A stretch of 64,000 nucleotides of DNA, from assembly GCA_963693365.1 (NCBI GenBank), contig CAVNZM010000003.1, positions 6,641,448 through 6,705,447 of the forward strand. The letters are read 5' to 3'. The notes below the pieces were generated by a model. The model was not told the origin of the DNA and searched no databases. It saw only the letters and a list, made by a program, of their open reading frames with translations. Origin of the DNA: Amoebidium appalachense. Its lineage: Eukaryota; Protista; Ichthyosporea. Below are positions 32,741-53,580 of this stretch, piece by piece; position 1 is the first letter of the stretch; every line of letters begins with the position of its first letter. A program made the position numbers and the translations under genes.

Positions 32741-32770
32741 ACACACACGCACACACACGCACACACGCAC

Positions 32771-32815
<45 letters not shown>

Positions 32816-32849
32816 CGCTCGTGCAAGCACCCACACGCACCCACACACG

Positions 32850-33198
32850 AACACACACACAAACACAAACATGCGCGCACGCGCACGTCGCAGAATATAC
32901 CCACGAACATAATTGCAAACCATTGGATATTGATAAATGTGTAGCATGCATATGGTCGCGGAAACACATATACACAGGGGGCATACATCGGATGCATGGC
33001 ATCATACAAGTTCCACAACAGTGCACATGATCCACAATGTCGTGTATAGACATTTGATATCAGGCGGTAGCAATTAAGCATCATCACACGTGCAAGGAGC
33101 TGCACGTGGCTAACTCGTGGTGGTGAATGTGATCAAGTGGTATCGGCAGAAGTGGTGGTGGCATGCCTGATACGTGCGTGTGCGCGTGTGCGTGTGTG

Positions 33199-33275
<77 letters not shown>

Positions 33276-33409
33276 TGTGCGGCGGCGGAGAGGGGGGGGG
33301 GGGGGGGGGGGGGGGCGGAGGGGGCTTCGGGTGGCCATGGCTTTTTTTCTATTTCTTGCTTTTCTTTTTTTCTCTTCTTCTTATTTTTCTTCTTCATTTT
33401 TTTTTTTTT

Positions 33410-33456
<47 letters not shown>

Positions 33457-33526
33457 TGGTGGGTTTTTTTTCTTCTCATCCCCCCCCCCCCCTTCCCCTC
33501 CCCTCCCATCCCTCTCTCCAACTTCA

Positions 33527-33564
<38 letters not shown>

Positions 33565-33579
33565 TGTGTGTGTCAGTGT

Positions 33580-33632
<53 letters not shown>

Positions 33633-34240
33633 TGTGTTTTGCGCATGCTGGGTTTCAACTGGTAGTCTCAGTTGCAGCACTGCACAATCGGTTTAAAGGG
33701 CACAGGAGTTAACAATGAACGGAATAAAATAACTAGGCTCATGATATGCAACATAAAACCGTCCCAGACTGTTGACATGAGCACACGTCACCATGCGTTT
33801 CATTAAATGCAGTTTCCTTTTTGTAACGCATACGTCACTGGGCCAGGCGTTTGAAACGTCGTTTTCTCACCCCCCCCCCCCCCCCCCCCCCCCCGCCCGC
33901 CCCCCGAGTGCATAGATGCTGTTTGTCAGTAATATTACTTTCGAAAATGTGGTTGTAGTGCATGTGCATGCTACAAAAGTCGTATCATGGTTCCCTGATA
34001 TGTTCAAATTCTTTATTTGGGGGGGGGGGGGGGGGGGGGGGTGGGGGGTGGCAGGGGGGGGCTTCTTTTAATGATAAAATGGGCAGCGAATTATCCGAAT
34101 CACTTTTCCAATACACAAGTCAGGACTACGGACAATCCCTGCAACATTCCAACAAAATCACGTGTACACGTACATGCGTATGTGGGGTTGCGGGGTATTC
34201 GGTATCAGCATACACATGCCAAAGCGTCATAATAACACGT
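32850..34240. repeat. Diverged tandem segmental duplication, copy 1
   Basis: Colinear blocks (AAACCATTGGATATTGATA; GTGGTGGTGGCATGCCTG; GCAGCACTGCA; TACTTTCGAAAATGTGGTTGTAGTGCATGTGCATGCTACAAA; CAATCCCTGCAACATTCC) recur ~1.8-2.0 kb downstream. Confidence 0.8.
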
Positions 34241-34889
34241 GGGTGGGTGGGAGGGGTGGAAATGGGTTTGGGGAAGGGGGAGGGGGAGGGGGGGGGGGGG
34301 TGAATGCGTCAATAAGTATAAAGCGTCATAATATACATTGTCCATAAGGCTTCTATAAACAGGAGGTAGACGCACACATAGAAATCACCATTACACAACT
34401 TTTGTTCCCATGTAATTAACGGCTATAATGGTTCAATGTATAGACTACGTGCCACGGCAGTCTAACGAGATTAACCTAGCTACTGCCGGGTGGTTTCCAA
34501 TCAGCGACGTCAACATGTTTTACTAACATGTTATCGCAGTATGTGATGTCATTTTAAATTGTAAGTCACCCAACAGCAAGCTAATCACAGTAGACTGCCG
34601 GAGTCTTCTTTGAACCTTTGCTCTTTAACAGGAGCATCTAAATAATGCCAAGAGACTGTGCCCCCCCCCCCCCTCTCCCCCCCCTCCCCCCCCTTCCGCC
34701 CGGCTGCCCTCTTCCCAGGCGGGAGGAGGGCCTAAAAAAAAAAAAAAAAATCATGAATAGAAAATAAAAAACAGATAACACACACACACGCACACACACA
34801 CAAGCACACAGTCACACACACATGCGCGCACACACACACGCACGCACACGCACACTCACGCCCGCCCGTGCCCGCCCGCCCGGTATATA

Positions 34890-35187
34890 CACACACATGT
34901 GCACGATCGCAAAAACCATTTGATATTGATACTGCATGGCCATGGAAACACATACACACAGCGGCACACATCATATTCGTCATTTGCATGATGGCAAGTG
35001 CCATCTGGCACCACACTGAGTGCATGCGTGCACCTGCGCATTTACCCACAATCGCATGCACAGACATTTGATTTCAGGTGGCAGCAATTAAGCATAATGC
35101 ATGATATTGATCACGTGGCATTTGCAGTAGTGGTGGTGGCATGCCTGTTACGTGCCGGTGTGTGTGTGTGTGTGTGTGTGTGGGGGT

Positions 35188-35218
<31 letters not shown>

Positions 35219-35282
35219 TGGTGGAAACATGGGTGCCGAGGTTCTTTCTTTTTTCTTCTTGTTCTAGATCTTCTTCTTCTAC

Positions 35283-35314
<32 letters not shown>

Positions 35315-35332
35315 CTTCTTCTTCTTTTTTGT

Positions 35333-35386
<54 letters not shown>

Positions 35387-36045
35387 GGGGGGGGGGGGGA
35401 GGAAGGAGGGGAGGGAGGGGGGAGGGGCGAGGAGGGAGGAAGGGGGGGGGGGGGGGGGGGGGGGGTCGTCTGTGTGTTCTGGGCTTTGACTGGCAGTCCC
35501 AGCAGCAGCACTGCAATATTGGCGTGAAGGCTGCAGGCATTAAAAACTAACGGAATGAAATGATTGGCTCATATGCAACCGTTAACCGTCCCAGCGGACT
35601 GGGTGGCACACGTCATCATGCACATTCATTCTATCTATAAACACTTTCTAATTTTTTTTCCTGAGTGTACAAATGCTGTTTGCCAGTCAGTACTACTTTC
35701 AAAAATGTGGTTGAAGTGCATGTGCATGCTACAAATTTTTTTTACGGTTCCGTGTAATGTTCGATTTCTTGAGGGGGGGGGGGGGGGGGAGGGGGGGGGA
35801 AGGAAGGCAAAATCGGGTGGGTGGGTGGGCGGGTGGGGGGGGGGGGGGGGGGGGGGGGAGGGGACTTCTTTTTATGATAAAATGGTTTAGCCAATCATCC
35901 AAATAACTTTTTTTTTTAAAGAAACAATGCAGATCCACAGGCCAATCCCTGCAACATTCCCACACAATCACGTGTGCACGTGCGGGCTGTGGGGTGGTGG
36001 CTACACGTCAGTATTGGGTATAGGCATACAATAGCCAAAGACACA
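34890..36045. repeat. Diverged tandem segmental duplication, copy 2
   Basis: Same block order as 32850-34240, with substitutions and different microsatellite/homopolymer lengths. Confidence 0.8.
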
Positions 36046-36393
36046 CACGTAACAATCACGATTACATGACTTTTGTATTCATGTAACTAACAGGGGCATC
36101 TAAAATTCTAAAAACATATTGCTAAGACACTGTGCCTTCCTCCCTCCCCCCCCCCCCCCCCCCCCCCCTTTTCCCCCCGGGCACACACCTCTAAGGTGGC
36201 GCTTACACAAAATCCACGCCTGCACACAGAAACGTCTATTGCACACGAAGGCACAAGCACGTATGCATGTATGAACCATGCCAAACACACGGACACACAC
36301 ACATGCCCGTGCACATATATGCCACATGACCATAGATGATGCGGCCCTAGCAGTGAAAGAATAAAAACATTTAAAATATAATATTTTATTAAT

Positions 36394-36538
36394 ATGTCTG
36401 CTAAATATTCGATGGAAGGAAGGATAATCTATGTCGATATTCCATGTCTGCTAAATATTCGATATTCTGCTAAATATTCGAGATTCTGCTAAATATCCGA
36501 TATTCTATGTCTGCTAAATATTCGATGGAAGGAAGGAG
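36394..36538. repeat. Minisatellite, TCTGCTAAATAT(T/C)CGA x5, in the presumed ALDC 3' UTR
   Basis: Five copies; the outer two extend with TGGAAGGAAGGA. It lies between the ALDC stop (36577) and a minus-strand AATAAA (36385-36390). Confidence 0.85.
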
Positions 36539-36576
36539 CAACAACGTGAGATGGAGCGGCATGTTCGAGCAAGAAC

Positions 36577-43816
<7,240 letters not shown>

Positions 43817-44061
43817 GGTGGGTGGGTTGCGGGGCGAGGCGGGTGGAGAGAACACATTGGAGTGTTATATGAACTCTTCCGAACTCCGCGAAAACAAACG
43901 TCAGCTTTGCAAGATTACTTTGCAAGTCCGACGTACGAGTTTTTTTTTTCGGCGCGAACTTGCACCAATGGTTAGGCGTGAATAGATCCAAATAGATCTG
44001 GGATCTACAGAGTATGAACTGTAGTACGTCGACATGCGACCGTACGTGTCCGCCTGCTACA

Positions 44062-44065
<4 letters not shown>

Positions 44066-44114
<49 letters not shown>
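44066..44114. repeat. (TA)n microsatellite
   Basis: Pure TA run upstream of the ALDC start. Confidence 0.9.
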
Positions 44115-44118
<4 letters not shown>

Positions 44119-45062
44119 TCCTAATTACCAAATTCAAAATACCATTTCACGGTTTCCGGGCTGGCACCAAGTAAAGTCATATGTCACGCCTATAAAGCAG
44201 CGCTAATAGGTCTTTATAGGAGCCCTTGAATGGCACTTCAAATTCTGACTGCATCCTCGAACCTCCGAAAGATAAAGCTACCGTAGTCTGGCAGTAGGTT
44301 CTGCAGCTGGTGCAGCATCCCGTGCACGTGATCAGCAGCGCTGCTTTTGATTTATTCATTGTGTACGTACTATAGTGCCGGTACTCTGGCGCCTTGCAAA
44401 ACAAGAGCAGTTTCCCATGCGAGATACTTGCTATTAGCTTTGTGATCTTCTTTTATTACTCTTTTTAAATTTAGTGTACTTTAGCAACCTCGTGCCATCA
44501 TCTACACCAACACCATGCCGGCATAGCCATTTCTAGTTCAACTATGAGGGCATTTCTTTTTGGAGTTACACAACAGCACAGGAAGAACAGCTTGCCCTTG
44601 CATATGCCCCCTTCTACTCACACTGCACAACACACATCGCATCAGGTAATGCTCAATTTAGAAATGTAGTATGATGACATATAGATGTAAATACGGGATG
44701 GTCCGTACATGTACAAAGTAAGCCATACGATCGCGATGTCAGTCCTAGACAGGGTTGTTGTTGTAACTAATATATGGGTTATAGATTGACATCTCCGTCA
44801 AATTAGGACCAGCGAGAGGCAAATATCGTATAATGCAGTCGTATGTTATCATTAGCAACCGACGTCATAGCTCTGGCACTAAACTAGCTACATCAGCAGT
44901 TCAAATCTATGCAAGCAGTCAAATAGCTATAGGTGTTATATAAAGCTCCTTTTCGAACGGCCTCTGAGGGCAAAAAAACAAAACAAAAAAACATTCGAAA
45001 GGAGAAAGAAACATGGGTATAAATGAGAAACTTATCATCATCACCGCCATCATCACACACAC

Positions 45063-46505
45063 CTAAATTGTAGAGTGCTGCATGCTGGGCGCCAACATCA
45101 CATTCGACCTTGTCACTTGCCCTGGCGGACCATTCACCGTGTGACTCAGAGCACGAACCGACTGCGTGGTTTGTTTTCCTGCCCTCTCATAGCGGTATCT
45201 ATGCTGCACCCACTGGCAGATAAACTGGTCACAAGCTGCAACAGTAAGGGAAAAACGTGCAAGCGCCCACCAGCCAACGTTTAAGTTTTCCGGACGGAGG
45301 GATATGTAGATGAGGTTCGGTCCGATGGTGAAGATGACAAGTAGAAGGATGCGGATGTTGAGGTAGTAGTCGGAAAATTCGCTAGCGGCATTCTTTGTGT
45401 GCAGGATGTAGTAGGCCATCCATAGAACGTAGACGAGCATAATAAACCATAGCCCGGACATGCCGAGATATTCCTGTTCGGGTGCGTAGCTGTAGACATA
45501 TCTCCACACAAAAACAGTGCTTGTCGCTGACAATCCGATGACGAATGCACTCGGAAAAGGTGTGAGATAGTTTACGCGTCTTGTCTTGACCGTTCGTGCG
45601 AAAATTAGGTATATCACTCGAAGCCGCTGGACAATAGCCGAAAGGTAACAACTGAGAATCGTGAAATTCAACACACTAAGGGTGAGGGACACATTTTGGA
45701 TAACCGTCGCCATATTGCTAAACGCAGTGAATGAGTCGACGTCCTTTACCTGTGGTAACTTGTAGAACACAAGCAGGTAGTTGCATGTTGTAAGGCTCAA
45801 TGCTGCAAGCAGTAGAAATGCCGAAATGGACAACTGCAAAACGTACGGGAGACCACGTGACCGCACACTGCGCTCGTGTCTGTTGTAAATCACCACTAAA
45901 AACAGGATCACCAAAAACATTGCAATGATTGCTGTAGGGATGATTTGAATCTTGAACACGGCCCATCCGTTCTCCTCCGCCTTTGCAACGTGTGTATTGA
46001 ACGTTACCATTTCACGCAACAGTGCACCCATAGCCTTCAAATATGCCGCTTGGGACATGGGGGTAGGTTGGGTGGTTAGAGCCGCCTTCGCTGTAGTGAC
46101 GTTTGCGTACACCGCGAGAAGCTGAGATCCAGCATGTTTCACCTCGCCTAGTGGGTCTAAATGGGTGACCTGATAACTGACATGCCACACCACCACCTCG
46201 ATTGAAAGGAGAACAAGTACAATAACACCCCATAGTGTGAGTGTGCGCTTTTGGTATTCGGCGTCAAAACTGCTGTGTTCGCTTAAACTAGAAGCCACCC
46301 ACCCTGGAGTTCCCGTTTTGGGGGCAGTAGGAGGGCTTTGGGGTTTTACTTTTGAGTTGGAAAGAAACTTTGGCACTAAGGAAAATGGTGAGTCGCGATC
46401 TGAGTCTGTGTGGTCTGGCTTTTTGCTTAGATTTGTAGGAGAGATGCAAGCCTCTATGTCTTGATAGATCGGTTGAGTCTTTTCAGGCTCTATTTTCTTT
46501 TCCAT
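45063..46505 (-). CDS. Intronless 480-aa multipass membrane protein, class C GPCR (7tm_3)-like core plus an extra N-terminal hydrophobic helix
   Basis: The only long non-repetitive ORF in the window, with ~8 hydrophobic segments. Loop motifs resemble class C/GABA-B-like receptors: ICL1 NRHERSVRSRGLP, TM3 end QRLRVIYLIF, ICL3 TKNAASEFSDY. No Venus flytrap domain. Confidence 0.8.
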   Translation of the reverse strand: MEKKIEPEKTQPIYQDIEACISPTNLSKKPDHTDSDRDSPFSLVPKFLSNSKVKPQSPPTAPKTGTPGWVASSLSEHSSFDAEYQKRTLTLWGVIVLVLLSIEVVVWHVSYQVTHLDPLGEVKHAGSQLLAVYANVTTAKAALTTQPTPMSQAAYLKAMGALLREMVTFNTHVAKAEENGWAVFKIQIIPTAIIAMFLVILFLVVIYNRHERSVRSRGLPYVLQLSISAFLLLAALSLTTCNYLLVFYKLPQVKDVDSFTAFSNMATVIQNVSLTLSVLNFTILSCYLSAIVQRLRVIYLIFARTVKTRRVNYLTPFPSAFVIGLSATSTVFVWRYVYSYAPEQEYLGMSGLWFIMLVYVLWMAYYILHTKNAASEFSDYYLNIRILLLVIFTIGPNLIYISLRPENLNVGWWALARFSLTVAACDQFICQWVQHRYRYERAGKQTTQSVRALSHTVNGPPGQVTRSNVMLAPSMQHSTI

Positions 46506-47660
46506 GTTTCCGACTGTGGCTGTGGCTTGAAGGTGTGCTGCAAAAATAGGTGTGTATTTGATGAAGGTGTGACTTATGTATGCTTCACTTCAATCTACCT
46601 GCCAACAACTGCTGTAATGATGATCCTTGAGGAGTTGTCAGAATGCGTGGTAAAAATTGAAGGTTGTCTGCACTAATAAGATGCTGGCACCTTAGGAACA
46701 ACAGCTACGAGTGTAAATACTACCTGCCAAAAAAGAAGGGAAAAAAAAAACAAAAAAACTTTTTGTTTACGTACACCCTACACGCTTATGCAAAATTTGT
46801 TGTCATTCGAACCTACGTAAGCCTTGCGCACGGGCCGGAGCGAAACTTTCAGAGGCAGTTAGAATTGAATAAAGCCATGTGCTTACCTCGAGGATCTCTT
46901 TGATAAACCAATATGAGAGTTGACATGTCCACACACCCTTCAATTTTTTTTTTCCCTAGTTGTTTCCAGAATATTTTCTTTGCTGTAAATTGAGTTCAAG
47001 TAAATGCAAATCCAAGCGTGACTCAATATAAGAGAATAATGTGTTATCACAACATCAAGCGGCTTGGAGAGTTCGACTAATTAGTGATTCTATCGAGGTG
47101 CCTCTTTGTGGGGGTTTGGAATGTTTTAGGTTGATCTATTGGAATGCAGGGGCAAGCTCTTCCGCCAATCAGATATTTGCTAAACGTGATTGGTTTAGAG
47201 CAATTCTAAAAGTTTATTTTTTTAGTCTGATTATCACACGTGACTGTGAGCCGCTATTTCACTTTATAAACAGCCGTACACAAGAACACAGGATTGTTTG
47301 TCATGCAGGATTCAGGAAAGGACAATTACTTCACATACGTCGTTGAGCACACAATTACCAAACTGCGGCAGGCTGATGCCCGGGCGCATGTGCGGTTGCA
47401 TGATTACTGCAGCGGGCAAATCGCACGTGCACCGGTCCAAATTCCTTTGTTACAACGCACATGCCTCCGTGCATTCCTAATGCCTAATATGACGCCCGTG
47501 GGCGTGTGACCGAACATTGTGCTCACGTGCACGGAGCTCGTGCACGGCGTGCATACGCGCACGCGCATCTACGGATGATCAGTTTCAACTTGGCCCGGGG
47601 CCTGCCACCTACTGAGATGGCTCCTTATTGTTCCGTTCCTTACCCCCCCTGTAGTCCGGA

Positions 47661-47906
47661 TGATTCACATTCACAGTGAATCAATTTTGTGGCGCTTCTC
47701 AATTTCTACCCTGTGGTCAAAAAATACATGTTACTTAAGCAAAAACTTAGTTTTGGTAGTCAAAAAAACGCCCATATAATTTTTTTGGGGTGTTTATGTC
47801 TATATTTTTCATGTTACTTAGAGACGTTCGAGAGGTGGTGCGAGCTCCAAACAATGTGAATCAATCTGAAAACAATGTGAATCAATTCGCGACTCTCGAG
47901 TCGCGA
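47661..47906. repeat. Cluster of TGATTCACATT/AATGTGAATCA motifs and palindromes (left end of putative element)
   Basis: TGATTCAC-N7-GTGAATCA at 47661-47683, two direct AAACAATGTGAATCAAT copies (~47849-47886), and a TCGCGACTC-TC-GAGTCGCGA hairpin at 47887-47906. Confidence 0.75.
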
Positions 47907-48148
47907 CTCACACTGGATCGCGGCCGCGCCATATCATACTAATTAGTGACAAAGTGACACGTGCAGCGTGCGAGGGCTTTTAATGCCGGCATGTCATAGT
48001 GCCTGCCAAATGAATAGCGTGTGTCTGTAGGTGTGTGTGTGCGCGCATGTGTGTGAGTGGGTGGGTGGGTGGGTGCCGGGTGGGTGGGTGTATGTGTGTG
48101 TGTGTGTGTGTGCGTGTGGCGGTGTGCACATGTGTGTACGGTGCGCGC

Positions 48149-48179
<31 letters not shown>

Positions 48180-48290
48180 TTCGCAGAACGTGTGTGTGTG
48201 CGACTATGATGTGTGTGTCATTATGGTGAACATTGGTGTGGCACTGTGTGTGTGTGTGTGTGTGTGTACATGTGTGCATGTGTGTGCACC

Positions 48291-48331
<41 letters not shown>

Positions 48332-48396
48332 ATGTGTGCGTGTGTGTGTATGTACATGTGTGTGTGCGTGTGTGTGTGTGCCTGTGTGTGTGTGTT

Positions 48397-48451
<55 letters not shown>

Positions 48452-48534
48452 CTGTGTATGTGTGTGTATGTGTGTGCACGGCCGGGTGTGTGTGTGTGTA
48501 CAAGTATGTGTGTGTGTGCCTGTGTGTGTGTGTT

Positions 48535-48581
<47 letters not shown>

Positions 48582-48591
48582 ATGTGTGTGT

Positions 48592-48665
<74 letters not shown>

Positions 48666-50393
48666 CAGTGCGTGTGTACATGTGTGTGTGTGTAACAGTG
48701 TGTTGTTTGTGTGTGTGTGTTCGGTGGTTACTGTCACGGTTGGGTGATGGCAGTATCGCGTGTGTGTGGTCAGGCGGATGTTGTTGTTGTTATTAGAGAG
48801 AGGGAGGGAGGAGGAGGGGAGGGGGAGGGGGGGGGGGGGGGGGAGGCGGGGGCAAACGTATGCACGTACTCAGCCAGGCGAGCTGCATGTTTTGCTGGTT
48901 CTTTCCCGTGTCTTATATAGTGAACAAGTGTCCAAATTTGTAGATTGCCATAATAAATGGTCGGACATGCAGGTTTGCGTACACTTGCAATTTCACGTTC
49001 AAACAAAATTTTTATTCAATGATACAGTAACTCAGCTTGAAGCTCCTTCTAAATGTCTAAACAAAGTTTTACATAGTGTTCCGAAAAATAACTGTGATAC
49101 TGGTACACTCTGATCCTAGCAACACAAGAACTTATATTTACAGTAGTAGAAGACCACGAAATTTGAACTATTAAGTGTCTTACACTTGAAATTACGTAAC
49201 AATCCACTGCCAGTCCCGCTATAGGAAAGTAGGTACCTACGAGTGACGACCGGGTTACATTATGAACTGGTAGGACGATTTTCACCGATTTTTTGTGGAA
49301 TGTGTTTTGCTTCTGCAGGAATGTTGCCCATGCGGCGTGCGGTCCTACACTGCACCGATATTTCGGGTCCGATCCGCGGGGAATCGTGGATCGTGAGCCT
49401 CGTATGTTTGGGCTGAACCGCACGCACCTGCGGGCTAGCACTTGATTGGTTTGGGCCGCACCCAGGAATGCGATCGAGGCACCCATCCTTTGATGCTTGA
49501 ACTGACACGTGCCAGTCGGCAACGATTAGTGCAGGTGAATGTGCGTGACCAAGAGCAAGCACAAGGAGTCTAAGTTTCGCGCACGCTACCGTAGTCAAAC
49601 TGCGTGCGCCGCTCTGTCAACTTTGTCATTGCAACAGAGGTTGTAACATAGAGTCATTATTTCCTTTACGACCAGGTCATCTGCCGGGGAGAACTTCCTT
49701 TCCTTTGTCATAAGTCCACTGCTGTTGTTCTCGAAGTTCATATCGTGTGTCAGTTATATACAAGACGTGGTGTGTTTTTTTTGACACCCTTTTTTAATCA
49801 CTCTACTTCTGCGTTCAATTCGAACCGTGCTACCTTCTATGTTTTTAATTATAAATGGCGGCGAAACATTCTGGACGTGTGCACTCCTTGCCACAACAGG
49901 CAGGTTAGTTTTACCCCCCCCCACCCCCTCCCCCCCCCCCCCCCCCCCCCGGGCCCCCTCCCGCCCCTACTCTGAAGTCCGCAGCCTCCTTCCCTCCCTC
50001 TTCGCCTCTCCACCCTCTTCCTGCCCTCGCGCTGTACTGGCACGCCTGCAAGGCCAGTGTTTGATCTTCGTTTAGGACTGCTGTTCATCTTTTCTCTTCA
50101 CTGACTCCTTTCCTTTTTTTTTTCAACACATGGCTTTCATTCTTGCATCGGGAAGGAGTCTTTTTATGGTGTTTGTGTTTGTGTATGCATGTATTCGAGC
50201 CCATACAGGTATTTTCAGGCCAATGAGTTTTGCACTTTGGACATGCCTCTCCTTTGCATGCATTCATGGCTTTATAATGAAACGATAATAATGTGTACCC
50301 AAGCCTTGCCTAAACATTCATGCACGTCTTAATACCATACGTTATCCATAGAAATACATGCTAATTTTTTCTTACTTTACTACACACACTATC

Positions 50394-50427
<34 letters not shown>

Positions 50428-50666
50428 CAAAAACACGCCACTCTACACCTGTGTGCACCGTGCCTGTGTCAGTGGGTGGCTGTGATGCTTTAAGGTTGAT
50501 GGGCAGCTTGGTAGCCGGGCGGTAGAGAATGGTGTGTGCCCGTGTGTGTTGTGTTAGTAGGGGATGGGAGGGAAAGGGACGGACGGGAAGAGGTGGGGAG
50601 GGGGGGGGGGGGGGGGGGGGGAGGGGAGGGAGGGGGTGGTACTGGTGTAAGTGGGGGCGGGCGGGG

Positions 50667-50704
<38 letters not shown>

Positions 50705-50857
50705 GCTTAAAAGGTTAGGTTTGCTTCGTTATTGTGGCATTATGTGTTTGCAGTATCTTTTTGTGTGTGTTTGTTTATTTTTGTAGAAGATGTAGGTGTT
50801 TGTCCCTACACGTATGCACATGTTTGTAGACGTTCATATGACACACAGTCACATGTA

Positions 50858-50950
<93 letters not shown>

Positions 50951-51168
50951 CCATCCATCCATCCGTTGTGCCCCCTTCTGCATGTTTCCTACATCCCCTT
51001 CTCGATCCAGGCCCCTTCTTTTTCTAACCTTTTCCTCCTTCTCTTCCTGCTTCCCTTTCTTCTTCTCTTATTCTTGCCCTTTCACCTTCTCCCCCCCCCC
51101 CCCCCCCCCCCCCCCCCGGTTCCCGACCAGATAAAACAACCCCCCCCCCCCCACACACCCACACCCAC

Positions 51169-51202
<34 letters not shown>

Positions 51203-51214
51203 TATCTCCCTTTC

Positions 51215-51274
<60 letters not shown>

Positions 51275-52449
51275 TTCTCTCCCTCTCTCTCTCCTCTCTC
51301 TTCTCCTTTCTCGTCTCGATCTCCCCCCCCCCCCCCCCCCCCCCCCCCACACACACACCTCTCTCTGTCTCTGTCCCTCGCTCCTCCCCCTCTCGCTCTC
51401 CTCCTCCCCCCCCCCCTCCCCCCCCCCCCCCCCCCCCCCTCCCCCCCAACTCTAAATCACATACACACACATGCACGTAAGCTCAAACTGTGTTGTTCCC
51501 GTGCAAGTACATAGAATATTGTGTTAGTGATAGCTGTTTATGAACGTGTATACATTAAGCTGTGTTGTCTCGTGCAAGACTCAAGGTGACAACATATTAT
51601 CATTTTCTTAGAAGTACCTCCAAAGAATCCGGATAGTGCAAAGTAGGTGCTAGGCTGTGTTAACATATTAGTATTCTCCATCTCATAGTTCATCGTTGTA
51701 ACATTTAGATGCCATATCATAGTACTTCGTTGTAACGTTAACATTCAGATATTTATGCTCCTCTTGTGTTCATGTGCCTGGGCTACGTGAAAAGTGGCAC
51801 GCATGAGCTGCGTCGGTGACATCGAACTGAATAAATACTGTCGTCACAATAAACGGTTTGGAGGCCTATACGAGGATCCTGGTGCACGTGCACGTGTGGG
51901 GGTGGGTGGGTGGGTGGGGGGACGAGGGGGGGGGGGGGGGGGGGACGGGGAAGGTCGGTGCCTATTTTTATCGGTTCAGAGTCGGGGGGCGACGGGTAAG
52001 GTTGGTGCCTGTTTTGATCGGTGCAGAGTCTGTGGTCGCGTGCGCGCATGTGTGCGCACGTTCGATCGAGGAATGCATTCCTGTGCGCCGTGATGATGAG
52101 TCACGGCCAAGAATGCATTCCCGGAATACGGCGGCGCGCGCGCGCACCATCCCGTAGAAAAAAGAGTCAGAACGACATCGTCGATCGGCCGGCACGACTT
52201 TATACCCATGTAGTAGTGATCACAGTCGTGCTTTGTAGGGCACGATTTTCTAATGCAGGGGTTTGCAGTGATCCCTCTAACGGTTAACTTGGGTATCATA
52301 GGCAATCCCCCCCCCTCCCCCCCCCCCCCCCCCCCCCCCCCCTCCCGAGCCCTCCCCCCTCTCCCCCCCCCCCCCCCCCCACCACCACCACCGTGGCATC
52401 ATACACCACCACCACACACGCATACACACACACACACAGGGGCACACAC

Positions 52450-52524
<75 letters not shown>

Positions 52525-52525
52525 G

Positions 52526-52581
<56 letters not shown>

Positions 52582-53580
52582 CCAAAAAAAAAAGGGGGGG
52601 GGGGGGGGGGGGGGGGGGGGGAGGGGGGGAGGTGAAGGAAAAAACACAAGAAGAACTCTTTGGTAACAGCAAAGCCTGCAAGTGACGTGACTCTAACTTA
52701 ACCAATCATTTCACACTGCGACCACCGTGTCTACTGAGGCTCGTAATCTGCCCAGTATTCAGGTGTTTTGATATCCTTGTTCGTGTGCCATATATCGAAG
52801 CAGGATTTGGCGTTTGGATTACTGGACTTGCGCCTGAACGTCTCTAGGAGCCTGTTTTCAATATCGTCTGCTTTGAATGTTATGTCTACTTGCTTGGGGT
52901 CAAAAATACGCCATTTCCCTGAGAGAGCGGTATCCTCTGTAGCCTCGCTGTCTTCTGTATCACTCTGTGTGCTATCGTCGGAAAAAATATTGTCAAAGAA
53001 ATCCGAGTCAAGTGCCCCTGCTTCGAACCCCACACAACTGACATCACCAAGTTCCATGCCCCCGTCCATTCTTTGTGTGCATTGTAAGAGACACCAACTA
53101 CTGGTATATATCAAGGAGATGTGACATTATAACGGTGCAATTCAATCACGGGTATGGGAAGATGATCTACGTGCAGCTCTTTCAAGGGGCCACGGTGCGT
53201 TGCTTTGTTTACAAGAGCCAAAAAAGGCTACGTCTAAACACCATATATGGTTTTCCTTTGTGTAACAACCAATGGTTTTCAGTCTTCGAGGGGTGTAAAG
53301 CTCAATAGATGAAACGCTGTTCAGAAGCTCATTATGAGGTAACATATTGCAAGGCAGCACACTTACATCAATCAGTCGATTGCAATCATTGATCATTCTA
53401 TGGGTTGTCGATATCCAACTTTGTGTGCCAGCACGCCCTCGCTGCGCCGCAAAGTCCATATACAACCCATACCCAGCCGCGGGGCTTTGAAAACCATATA
53501 TGTTTACTTCGCTCTTGCAAAGTTTCGACCCCACCGGGTCATTTATACGGGAAAAAACTCTGTGTTTTGAAGGGGGGTTT

